From an uncultured Candidatus Actinomarina sp. (GTDB taxonomy: Bacteria > Actinomycetota > Acidimicrobiia > Actinomarinales > Actinomarinaceae): DNA of 64,000 nt. A model generated the notes under the pieces. That model was not told the DNA's origin. It searched no databases and saw nothing but the letters and a program-made list of their open reading frames with translations. Shown here piece after piece: positions 1 to 8,367 of this stretch. The translations under genes and the position numbers were made by a program. The stretch covers positions 15,421-79,420 of the forward strand of contig CACLRL010000002.1 in the NCBI GenBank assembly GCA_902609285.1, written 5' to 3'. The stretch's first letter is position 1; every line of letters starts with the position of its first letter.

Positions 1-907
1 TAACAAAATATTTCCAAACTAAAAAAATATTTTCCATTAGATTACTTAAGTCGTAAAACCGAGATAATCTTTCTGTAACAGCCCATCCAGTGGATGGATA
101 AATATCTCTTTGAAAAAATGTAAGAATACCATATAGAAAGTAAGTATGAAGTAAAAAAAGACCTGCACCAATAACAAGCCCTACATAGTAACTAACACTC
201 TTATAAATTCTCTTAATATTCCTATTATTTAGATAGATATAAATCAAAGGGACTAAAAATAAATGCAAATTGTTCCATCTATTTAATAACATTAAAAATT
301 GGGTAACCCCTAGTAAAAAAATAAAATAGTTTTGATATTTAAAATTTTTTAAATTATAAATCTTATTGACTACAAAAAGTATCAAACATATTGAAAAAAA
401 TTCATAAACAGCGCTCATACTAAATCTTTCAAATGAGTAATAGGAAATTCCAGAACCTAGTGTAAACAGTAAAATTTTTCCAGAATCATTGATATTCTTT
501 ACATTGATTATCTTCTTAATGAAAACTAGAGATAAACATAGATAAAAGCTTGAAATAAAGGAATATATAAAATAATTAAATGATGTATTCGAGTTTATTG
601 TAAAAAATCTTGAAATGAAATTTGATATTAATAAAAATGGAGCACTTAACACCCCCGGACCAAATGATTGTCTCGGGACCGGCTTGTTATCATCCCTAAT
701 AAAAGCATCTCTTAAGTTACCATCTAACTGGTTTGTATAATCTAAGTCAAAATCAATAGCTAGAGTTTCTGTATGATAAAAATAAACTGAATCATCTTGA
801 GAGCCTCCTGGAAATATTTCTTTAAACCTGTAATCAACTTTAATAAATAAAAGAATCACAAGAGTCAAAATAATATAGGTAAAAAATTGTTTTTTATCTT
901 TAATCAT
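1..907 (-). CDS. Polytopic membrane protein, N-terminal ~302 codons (gene runs off the window start); putative GT-C-type glycosyltransferase
   Basis: Absent from the ORF track because no stop lies inside the window. Own translation downward from ATG (complement of 905-907) gives MIKDKKQFFTYIILTLVILLFIKVDYRFKEIFPGGSQDDSVYFYHTE..., open to position 1. Several long hydrophobic stretches. Acidic DD-x-x-Y motif just after the first TM. Confidence 0.55.
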   Translation of the reverse strand, partial: MIKDKKQFFTYIILTLVILLFIKVDYRFKEIFPGGSQDDSVYFYHTETLAIDFDLDYTNQLDGNLRDAFIRDDNKPVPRQSFGPGVLSAPFLLISNFISRFFTINSNTSFNYFIYSFISSFYLCLSLVFIKKIINVKNINDSGKILLFTLGSGISYYSFERFSMSAVYEFFSICLILFVVNKIYNLKNFKYQNYFIFLLGVTQFLMLLNRWNNLHLFLVPLIYIYLNNRNIKRIYKSVSYYVGLVIGAGLFLLHTYFLYGILTFFQRDIYPSTGWAVTERLSRFYDLSNLMENIFLVWKYFV

Positions 908-919
908 GCTTTTTCCTAT

Positions 920-2557
920 CTAAAAATGACCCTCTTTTCTTGAGAAAGCGATGATCAATGCTGAATTTAAAATTATAAAAAAGCCTGCAATAGTATTAAA
1001 AATTTTAACTCTTGGTTGTCTTTTAAAGTTGTCATAATTCTCATAGTCTTTGTAATTTAATGAAAATATCCTGTCTTTTGTTTCGCACTGTAAAAGATCT
1101 TTATTATCAGATGTAATTTGAATTATTGGTTTATTTAATTTACAAAAAGATGAATAACTATTTACTTGAGCAATCCCAGATTCATATTCAGTACTATTTA
1201 ACTTTGGAAATCCCAAAATGAAAAGAATTAATAAAACGTATGGCAACACAATTAGCTTTATTTTTTTTCTTTCATTAAATATTTGTATGCACAAGAATAA
1301 AAATCCTAAGCATAAAAAATATCCGTAGTAGTAGGGCTTTATAGAATCTCCAACTAACGGATCGTAGTTTTTTGATGGAAAGCCAAAAACTGACTGAATT
1401 ATCATTATTGACATTCCTAAGAGTGGAGCAAATAAAAATTTTGAAAACTTATTTCCTTTTTTTATATATATAAATAGAAATATAAAAAATAAAAGAGACA
1501 AAATTAAACTCAAAAAAGGCCTTAAATAAATATCCGTATTGTTTTGAAGATAAAAAGTAATATTTTTTTCACTTATATCAAGTTTGGGAACTCCGATACT
1601 CCTCGATTCCTCAAATAAAAATAATTCTTTTCTATGTTTTCTAAATAAATTAGAATCTTCGTTCCAGTAGAGATCAAAGTAATCACCAAATGTATCCAGT
1701 AATGTTAAAGAAATAAAAGAGTCTGCATGGTCAAACTTTACAGGTGATTTAATTAGTTTTGGAAAATCTACTTTGTAAATAAAATTTACATCTGCTTGAT
1801 TGTTATATTTTTCATCATGCACGACTTGAAGTAAGTTACTACCGTTACTTTCATAATCTTCAAAAGAAATTAGTGACGCAAATAATACAAAGCAGATAAA
1901 AATAAGAAATACCTTTTTCTTGTCCCCTTTCAAAATTGGTAGCAAGTAAAATAATAGAAAAAACAATCCAAAACTCCCTAACACAGATCCCTTAGCAAAG
2001 AGTGCGACAGTAAATGGTAGCGCTAAAAATAAATATGAATATTTTTTACTTTTCTTGTGCAGCTCAACACAAAGAATTATCCATGGTAAAAAAGATAGAG
2101 CTAATATTTCAGGCTTGAAAACCATCCTGATGGCAATTGCTAGAGGAAAAAAATTTAACATTGTTAATGCAATCAAGACATCTCTCTTCTTAAAACCAAA
2201 ATGTAACAAAAGAAAATAAAAACCAATTAATGAAAAGACAAAAAGTAAGAAGTTAAGTTCTTGAATGCTTTTGTCTAAATAATAAAAAAAGTTGTCTGAG
2301 GTTAACACCTCGTGGTATCGATAAAAATTTAATGAATTTAAATAGTAATAAAAAATCCCTTGTTCTCTTCCTGTAAGATCTAATAAATATGAGTTTTGTT
2401 CAAGATAAACAAAATATTTATCAAAATCTGGTCCCGATGTCGTATTGTAATGAAGGAAAGTCAATTCTTTGATAAAAATTGAACTGGCAACTAATGTAAA
2501 AAAAGATATGATTTCCTTATATTGCCTTTTAGCAATTTCCAAAATTCGATTTTTCAT
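920..2557 (-). CDS. Polytopic membrane protein (545 aa), putative GT-C-type glycosyltransferase
   Basis: Long ORF with more than 10 hydrophobic segments. PDFDKYFVY acidic motif after the first TM. Loop motif FGDYFDLYW resembles WGDYWGYF in the 51500..52855 product. Confidence 0.5.
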   Translation of the reverse strand: MKNRILEIAKRQYKEIISFFTLVASSIFIKELTFLHYNTTSGPDFDKYFVYLEQNSYLLDLTGREQGIFYYYLNSLNFYRYHEVLTSDNFFYYLDKSIQELNFLLFVFSLIGFYFLLLHFGFKKRDVLIALTMLNFFPLAIAIRMVFKPEILALSFLPWIILCVELHKKSKKYSYLFLALPFTVALFAKGSVLGSFGLFFLLFYLLPILKGDKKKVFLIFICFVLFASLISFEDYESNGSNLLQVVHDEKYNNQADVNFIYKVDFPKLIKSPVKFDHADSFISLTLLDTFGDYFDLYWNEDSNLFRKHRKELFLFEESRSIGVPKLDISEKNITFYLQNNTDIYLRPFLSLILSLLFFIFLFIYIKKGNKFSKFLFAPLLGMSIMIIQSVFGFPSKNYDPLVGDSIKPYYYGYFLCLGFLFLCIQIFNERKKIKLIVLPYVLLILFILGFPKLNSTEYESGIAQVNSYSSFCKLNKPIIQITSDNKDLLQCETKDRIFSLNYKDYENYDNFKRQPRVKIFNTIAGFFIILNSALIIAFSRKEGHF

Positions 2558-2559
2558 TG

Positions 2560-4179
2560 TTAAAGTTTTATTTCTTCAACTATTGTAATCTCGTTTGATT
2601 GAGATAATTTTAATTCGACATCATAATTTATAAGCTCTTCGCTACTGTGGGTTGAATTTACTATTGTTATGTCTAAATCGTTTAAAATATCATAAACTAA
2701 TTTTTTTGATTTAGTATCTAAGTTAGAAGTCGATTCATCTAAAAGTAATAAGTCTGGATCTGCTAACAATGCTCTTATGAACGATAATTTTTGCATTTGC
2801 CCTGAAGATAGAACTTTATTACTTACTTCCAGTTTTAATACTTCATTGCTAATCTCAGGAAATAATTCAAACTTTTTTATCATATCCATAATCTCGTCTT
2901 CACTTATTTTTTTATTGTTTCCATATAGAATATTATCTTTTAAAGTTCCTCTGATAATCATTGGATAAGCGCTGATATAACCATAGTTCTTGGTTTTACT
3001 AATTACTTTCCCAAATTGTGGATAAAATATTCCAGATAACAAACCTAACAAAGTACTTTTGCCAATTCCATTTGGTCCAGTAATAATTGTGTGAGTTCCT
3101 TCTTTAATTTCTATATTGAAGTTTTCAAATATATTCTTATCAGAGTTTAGATATTTGAATTTTACATTTTGTATTTCTATAATATTTTCAGTTTTCACTT
3201 TTTCTGATATTTCAAAATTTTCACTGTAAACTTCAAGTTTGTTGTTCTCAATTACCTCTAATTTCTCTAGATGCACAAAAGTTGCTGAAGACATACTAAG
3301 ATGCTTGTTGAACTCGCCTACGCTTTGAAAAAGCCTTAATAATATTGCAATTAGATCTAAGGTCACTATGTTTTTTCCGTTTGGGAGCAGTAAAGTTATG
3401 GAAAGTAGGATCATTGCAATAAATGTTGGAAAAAGACTGTTTATTGTTCCGTACTTTTGATTATTTAGCTGAGCGTCATAGTAAGTTCTTAAGTTATCCT
3501 TAAAAATGTTTATTTCGTCTTTAAACTTTTTTAAAATTTTTATTAAGTAAAGATTGTCCAATACCCTTTCTAGATCAGAGCTAATTGACTGTCCATATTC
3601 ATATGAAGTATGTGAATATCGTCTATTGAGTGAAGTAAAGTACCTAGTTGGAAATGAGAGTATAAGAAAACCAATCCCAAAATAAATTAATACTTCACTT
3701 TCAGTAAAAATTAGAAATAAAGAAAATGCTACAACTTTTACAAGTGATGAAATTAGCATTGTAAAAGTCTGATAAAACTGTGAAATGTGCTGTGATAGTG
3801 TATTTAAATAGAAATAAGAGTCAGCGATAGACAAGTTTCCTCTTAAAAAAACTTCTTTCAGCAAATCTATTCTAAGATTTTCTTCAATATTAAGCCTTAA
3901 GCCGTGAATATTCATTGTGTCTAAATAAATAATTAAAAAGCGTCCAATAATAAATAAAGGTAACAGTATCTCAACTTCAATTAACAAATCTAAATTAAGT
4001 ACCGATGGAACATTAACAACTTCAAAAAATGAAGTGAAAAAATAGATAATCAGTAAATCAAAAAAAACTACAAGATTTGAGAGTACAACTGAGTAGAAAA
4101 TCCTTAATTTTTTATTTCTTACTGGAATTAACTTTGAAATTCTTAAAATATCTGTCAGATTTTTATAAATTTTATACAT
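2560..4179 (-). CDS. ABC exporter, fused permease plus ATPase (MsbA-like; likely lipid-linked glycan or polysaccharide export)
   Basis: N-terminal half is hydrophobic. C-terminal half has Walker A GPNGIGKST, ABC signature LSSGQMQK and Walker B LLLLDEST. Confidence 0.85.
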   Translation of the reverse strand: MYKIYKNLTDILRISKLIPVRNKKLRIFYSVVLSNLVVFFDLLIIYFFTSFFEVVNVPSVLNLDLLIEVEILLPLFIIGRFLIIYLDTMNIHGLRLNIEENLRIDLLKEVFLRGNLSIADSYFYLNTLSQHISQFYQTFTMLISSLVKVVAFSLFLIFTESEVLIYFGIGFLILSFPTRYFTSLNRRYSHTSYEYGQSISSDLERVLDNLYLIKILKKFKDEINIFKDNLRTYYDAQLNNQKYGTINSLFPTFIAMILLSITLLLPNGKNIVTLDLIAILLRLFQSVGEFNKHLSMSSATFVHLEKLEVIENNKLEVYSENFEISEKVKTENIIEIQNVKFKYLNSDKNIFENFNIEIKEGTHTIITGPNGIGKSTLLGLLSGIFYPQFGKVISKTKNYGYISAYPMIIRGTLKDNILYGNNKKISEDEIMDMIKKFELFPEISNEVLKLEVSNKVLSSGQMQKLSFIRALLADPDLLLLDESTSNLDTKSKKLVYDILNDLDITIVNSTHSSEELINYDVELKLSQSNEITIVEEIKL

Positions 4180-4300
4180 ACAGTTTTTATAATTATATGA
4201 CTTGAAATGCTTTAACGATTATTTTTTATTTTTCTTAATTTTTAGTATTGAATATTTATAAGTTTTAAACAAAGCCCTATGAACCAATTAATCTTAAAAA

Positions 4301-4996
4301 GTGGAAAACTTAACAGTCTTGGTCCCTTTTTATAATGAAGAAAACACAATTTATGCATCTGTAACAAAATTGATTTCGTCTTTAAAATTAGAAAGAGTAA
4401 TACTGATCAATGATAATTCAAATGATACCTCTGAAAAGATTGCACTTGAATTAACTTCGAAATATGACTTCATAGAGTTAATATCATCAAAAGAGAATCT
4501 TGGGAAAGGAGCTTCTATCGCTATTGGGTTAAAAAATTCAGAATCAGATTTTATAATTGTTCATGATGCTGATTTAGAATATAATCCAACTGACATCAAT
4601 AAAATAATAGATGCAATACCTGATAATCAAAAAGAAAAAGTAGTTATTTTAGGATCAAGATTTATTGGAGACATCAAAAGAGAAAATATATATTTGAGAA
4701 CGTATCTTGCAAATAAACTATTTTCTTATTTATTTTCAATATTTAACAAATTTAAAGTTACAGATGTTGCAACATGTTATAAATTAATTTCAAAAGATAT
4801 TTATAAAAATATTAATATTGAAAAGAATGGATTTGATTTTGAAATTGAGATTCTCGCAAAAGCTTTGAAACAATGTACTTTTTATGCTGAAATTCCAATT
4901 AATTATAAAGGGCGAAGTTATAAAGAGGGGAAAAAAATTAAACTTTCAGATGGATTCCGTTATTTAAAAGCAATATTGTTTGAATACAGAAAATGA
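4301..4996 (+). CDS. GT2 glycosyltransferase, polyprenol-phosphate sugar synthase type (DPM1/GtrB/ArnC-like)
   Basis: GTG start. VLVPFYNEE N-terminus and VHDADLEY DxD motif, ~230 aa as in GtrB/DPM1-like enzymes. About 40% identical by eye to the 54977..55699 product. Confidence 0.75.
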   Translation: MENLTVLVPFYNEENTIYASVTKLISSLKLERVILINDNSNDTSEKIALELTSKYDFIELISSKENLGKGASIAIGLKNSESDFIIVHDADLEYNPTDINKIIDAIPDNQKEKVVILGSRFIGDIKRENIYLRTYLANKLFSYLFSIFNKFKVTDVATCYKLISKDIYKNINIEKNGFDFEIEILAKALKQCTFYAEIPINYKGRSYKEGKKIKLSDGFRYLKAILFEYRK

Positions 4997-6297
4997 AAAT
5001 AAATAAACTCAATACAGTAACTGTTTTATTTTTTTCGATCATAACAATCTATTTATTAGATTTTTACATTCTTAAAAATAATGGAAATGAACATTTTTGG
5101 TGTGTCCAAATTATAGATAATTTCTCCATAAGAAATTTAAATAATATTCGTCTCCCTATTCATTGTGACGAAGGCACTTACAGATTAGCCTCTAGGTCAT
5201 TAGAAAATTTTTTTGATAGAAATAATCCCTATCAAGGAAGACCATTATATGTAGGTTTTATTTCGATATTTATGTCTTTAGTAAATAGTATTCCATTTAT
5301 TGAATTATCAGAGTACCAACAATTTAAAATTGCTATATTTTTAGTGCAATTTACAATTCTTTTTTTTATTGTTAGAACATTTATTTCTATCTCAAAATTT
5401 AAACAATTTTATAAAAATGAATACATCGTTATATTTTTACTTTGTAGTATTCCAGGAATAAGGTGGAATATATTTTTTCCATCTGTTGGAAACTTAACTT
5501 TTTTGTTTTTCTTAATTTCCTTAAAATATTTGCTTATCAACAATATAAGTAATAAAGAAGAAAATCGATTATATATAATATTTGGATTGCTTAGTTTGGC
5601 TCATCTGTCAGCAATAGTTTATGGATTGATTATTAAATTTTATTTTTATATTAAAAATAGACAAATAAATAAAAATACTCTATTTCATATTATTATGTTA
5701 ACTTTTCCATATATTTTGTACCGGCAAATTGTTTCAATAAGTAGGTATGAATATTACGACTGGCATAGAAGTGTTTACAATCAGTTTTACTGGATTCTTG
5801 AAGTTTTTCAATCAGACTCTGAAGTTTCAATTCAAAGAGAATGTCAATCACTATCAACTTTTTTCAAATGTAATAACTTAGTTACTCTAAACTATTTAGG
5901 ATATTTTGGAATACTAATTTTTTACTTTTTAGTTTTAATAATTATAAATAAATACAAGGAAAATAGATCGATTGAAATTATTAATAAGTCATTCTTTATT
6001 TGTTGTTTAATCTTCATTTTTTGGTCTTTTCAGGGGTATTATGAATTTTTTAGATTTACAAATTACAGTATTGGTTATTTCTTATTTACTTCCTTAATTT
6101 TTTTCGCTGTCCTTAATTTCAAAAATGATATATTTTTATTAATTTCTTTACTAATTTATGTCTATTCAATACCTTATCTAGAGCCATACAACCAAGCCTT
6201 CAAGTTTCCAAGATTAAATTACCTAACAATTACATCAATATTATTTTTCTTTCTATTTATTTTTAAAAATTTAAATAACAAAAAAACATATATTTAA
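4993..6297 (+). CDS. Polytopic membrane protein (434 aa), putative GT-C partner of the upstream GT2
   Basis: Start overlaps the GT2 stop by 4 nt (ATGA). Many TM segments. HCDEGTYRLA acidic motif in the loop after TM1. Confidence 0.5.
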   Translation: MKINKLNTVTVLFFSIITIYLLDFYILKNNGNEHFWCVQIIDNFSIRNLNNIRLPIHCDEGTYRLASRSLENFFDRNNPYQGRPLYVGFISIFMSLVNSIPFIELSEYQQFKIAIFLVQFTILFFIVRTFISISKFKQFYKNEYIVIFLLCSIPGIRWNIFFPSVGNLTFLFFLISLKYLLINNISNKEENRLYIIFGLLSLAHLSAIVYGLIIKFYFYIKNRQINKNTLFHIIMLTFPYILYRQIVSISRYEYYDWHRSVYNQFYWILEVFQSDSEVSIQRECQSLSTFFKCNNLVTLNYLGYFGILIFYFLVLIIINKYKENRSIEIINKSFFICCLIFIFWSFQGYYEFFRFTNYSIGYFLFTSLIFFAVLNFKNDIFLLISLLIYVYSIPYLEPYNQAFKFPRLNYLTITSILFFFLFIFKNLNNKKTYI

Positions 6298-6401
6298 ATT
6301 TTATTTTCTTTGAAATATTCAATAAAATTTTCTGCAATTTGATCGTCTGTTAAAGCTGTTGTAGGTTCGTTAACAAGAGAGTATCTACAGTTTTAGAAAA
6401 A

Positions 6402-6423
6402 ATGTGGGTGTTTTGTGGGTGTG
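6402..6423. repeat. Imperfect tandem 11-mer pair atgtgggtgtt/ttgtgggtgtg, 20 nt from the tRNA-Val repeat copy
   Basis: Read directly. Same position relative to the 61-nt core repeat as the pairs at 8043-8064 and 13319-13340. Confidence 0.6.
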
Positions 6424-6443
6424 AACAGTTTTTTTCTTACTAG

Positions 6444-6504
6444 ATTTCTGAAAAACCCTTGTGGGCGCTACAGGATTTGAACCTGTGACTTCTTCCTTGT
6501 AAGG
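6444..6504 (-). repeat. Direct-repeat copy: last 43 nt of tRNA-Val (6462-6504) plus 18-nt downstream flank; att-like scar
   Basis: 61/61 identical to 13363-13423 and 8086-8146. Confidence 0.9.
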
Positions 6505-6622
6505 TAAGAACCTTTATATTCGGCAACCTATGAAGACCTACGGCTATTTTTAGTCCAATGATTAATGGCTTATACGGATGCATCTGAAAGCATATGGAAA
6601 CCTATGGAAATAATTCTTTTAA

Positions 6623-6644
6623 AAAGTAGGGGGAAAGTAGGGGG
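6623..6644. repeat. Tandem 11-mer aaagtaggggg x2 (distal end of cassette A)
   Basis: 26-nt alignment of 6622-6647 against 8042-8067 has 2 mismatches, both at the same unit position. Confidence 0.8.
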
Positions 6645-6653
6645 AAATTTAAT

Positions 6654-7589
6654 TTATGGTCGGAAATATGGTGTTCTATCAAAAGTATCAAAAGAGGACC
6701 ATAGAAATGTATATGATGGATTTACCCAACCTAAGTTAACGGGGGCATCCCAGCCTAGCTGCCAAGCATAAGTCCCTACACCACCTACTACTCTATACTC
6801 AACTATTCCTGTCCATTTAGATGAATCAGAACCTTTTTTATAATCTTCTATTTGCAAAGTGATTTTATCAACAAAATAAAAGTACCCAGGATAAAAAAAG
6901 TTTGTATCATTAACTGGATCGTCATATCCGACCAAATCATAAATGTATTCAATCACTTCACCAAATTTCCAAGCTCTATAATCAAATTCAGTTAACAATA
7001 CTTCGTAATCACTATATCCAAAATCATTCACACAACGAATAGATAAATCTTTACAAGCTTGTAAAGTTATAGATACACCAGTCACTCTATAATCTTCAGG
7101 AACTTCAATAGATATTTCACCAAAAGCCCTATTTCCACCTGAATATGGAAGTGATAAACTAACATTAAAAATACCAGGAAAGTTATCGAAAAGAGATTTA
7201 CAACCTCCTCTTCTGGAAGCATCACAATTTTTGTCTTGCCATCCATTATTGATAACAAAATCACCTTCATAACCTCGAAAACCTTCATAAAAAGTCATAT
7301 CTAATTTATGTTGAAAATATTCTCTTTTAGTTTTAAAAACTGACAATCCATAACCCTCTTCAGCAATTGTTGTTGTCGTTGTCTTGGGAACAGTTGTTGT
7401 CGTTGTCTTGGGAACAGTTGTTGTCGTTGTCTTGGGAACAGTTGTAGAAGAAGTTACGACAGAAGGTGTTGTTTGATTTTCCACGGATGCTGAATTATTG
7501 GAACCTAATTCACCACCTATAATAATAAATAAAGCAAAAGCTAAAATCCATACCCCACTTATATTGGATATAAATTTATCTAATTTCAT
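6654..7589 (-). CDS. N-terminally anchored or secreted protein with Thr-rich repeat linker and Cys-containing aromatic-rich C-terminal domain, function unknown
   Basis: 311 aa. Hydrophobic N-terminus GVWILAFALFIIIGG. TTTTTVPK x3 linker. C-terminal ~230 aa carries two closely spaced Cys pairs (CDASRRGGC, CKDLSIRC). No enzymatic motif recognised. Confidence 0.6.
   Translation of the reverse strand: MKLDKFISNISGVWILAFALFIIIGGELGSNNSASVENQTTPSVVTSSTTVPKTTTTTVPKTTTTTVPKTTTTTIAEEGYGLSVFKTKREYFQHKLDMTFYEGFRGYEGDFVINNGWQDKNCDASRRGGCKSLFDNFPGIFNVSLSLPYSGGNRAFGEISIEVPEDYRVTGVSITLQACKDLSIRCVNDFGYSDYEVLLTEFDYRAWKFGEVIEYIYDLVGYDDPVNDTNFFYPGYFYFVDKITLQIEDYKKGSDSSKWTGIVEYRVVGGVGTYAWQLGWDAPVNLGWVNPSYTFLWSSFDTFDRTPYFRP
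7369..7440. repeat. Perfect 3 x 24 bp tandem repeat inside the CDS (encodes the TTTTTVPK units)
   Basis: The unit gttgttgtcgttgtcttgggaaca occurs at 7369-7392, 7393-7416 and 7417-7440 with no mismatch. Confidence 0.95.
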
Positions 7590-7600
7590 TACCTAAAAAA

Positions 7601-8014
7601 CTAATCATTAGCAAAGTTGATTATGCAAGATATATATGAAGATCTGAAATTTTCATCTAATACATCAACGTTAACTTCAAAACTATCGGGATAAATACCA
7701 CGTTCAGCAATAAAACCAAACCTTTTTGTTTCAAAAGCTTTTGGTAAATCAAAAAGATCTGATGACTCTATTTCTTTATCAATGTAGAATCTTGCTAGAT
7801 ACATTCCATTTTCAGTAATTAAAACAAATATATTTACAATATCTGAATTCCCAGCAGTTATATCAAACTCTAAACTAACCTCATCTTGAACAACAGGAGT
7901 ACTTGGACAAACAACACTTTTTATTAAAGGATTTGTCTTTGAGTAAATAAAAGCTGAGAGAGAAATAAATACTATAAAAAAAATTACAAAAGTTGAATCT
8001 TTAATTGCTTTCAT
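7601..8014 (-). CDS. Small secreted or membrane-anchored protein (137 aa), function unknown
   Basis: Hydrophobic N-terminus FVIFFIVFISLSAF. Lies 11 nt upstream of the 311-aa gene on the same strand. Confidence 0.55.
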   Translation of the reverse strand: MKAIKDSTFVIFFIVFISLSAFIYSKTNPLIKSVVCPSTPVVQDEVSLEFDITAGNSDIVNIFVLITENGMYLARFYIDKEIESSDLFDLPKAFETKRFGFIAERGIYPDSFEVNVDVLDENFRSSYISCIINFAND

Positions 8015-8042
8015 AATTTTATTCTATAAATAATATTCACCA

Positions 8043-8064
8043 AATGTAGGGGGAATGTAGGGGG
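8043..8064. repeat. Tandem 11-mer aatgtaggggg x2 (tRNA-proximal end of cassette A)
   Basis: Partner of 6623-6644. Lies 21 nt from the core repeat starting at 8086. Confidence 0.8.
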
Positions 8065-8085
8065 AAACGTCTGTTTTTGAATATG

Positions 8086-8150
8086 ATTTCTGAAAAACCC
8101 TTGTGGGCGCTACAGGATTTGAACCTGTGACTTCTTCCTTGTAAGGGAAG
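8086..8150 (-). repeat. Direct-repeat copy: last 47 nt of tRNA-Val (8104-8150) plus 18-nt downstream flank; att-like scar
   Basis: 65/65 identical to 13363-13427. Confidence 0.9.
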
Positions 8151-8262
8151 AACGATTAAATACTAGAGAGTATCGGAGAGTATCAAATTAGATCATCAAT
8201 ATATATAGGGCTTGTATCAGGTTGTACTAGATAGTATCAGACTATATCTCTAGTTTTTGACT

Positions 8263-8286
8263 CAAATGTGGGTCAAATGTGGGTCA
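8263..8286. repeat. 24-mer caaatgtgggtcaaatgtgggtca (tandem 11-mer aaatgtgggtc x2), distal end of cassette B
   Basis: 24/24 identical to 13318-13341. Confidence 0.9.
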
Positions 8287-8367
8287 GATTATCATTAATT
8301 TAGATTTAAAAAATCTAATTGATGCCATAGTAGAAGATTAGAGACAGCGTGTGATGCTATTTTTGAT

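Larger units (their letters stand above)
6505..8085 (-). mobile_element. Cassette A: recombinase-less segment between two tRNA-Val 3'-half repeats (cargo: two secreted or anchored proteins)
   Basis: Bounded by exact 61-nt direct repeats. Internally bracketed by tandem 11-mers at 6623-6644 and 8043-8064. No integrase-like ORF. Confidence 0.55.

Noticed and set aside
6565-6771. 68-aa ORF on the plus strand spanning the cassette A arm
   Set aside because: It overlaps the 3' end of the 311-aa gene and crosses the tandem 11-mers. It shows no coding-like features.
8300-8318. Hairpin ttagattt-aaa-aaatctaa downstream of hsdMS as an intrinsic terminator
   Set aside because: It is an 8-bp stem with only one G-C pair and no following U-run on the transcribed strand, which is too weak to call.
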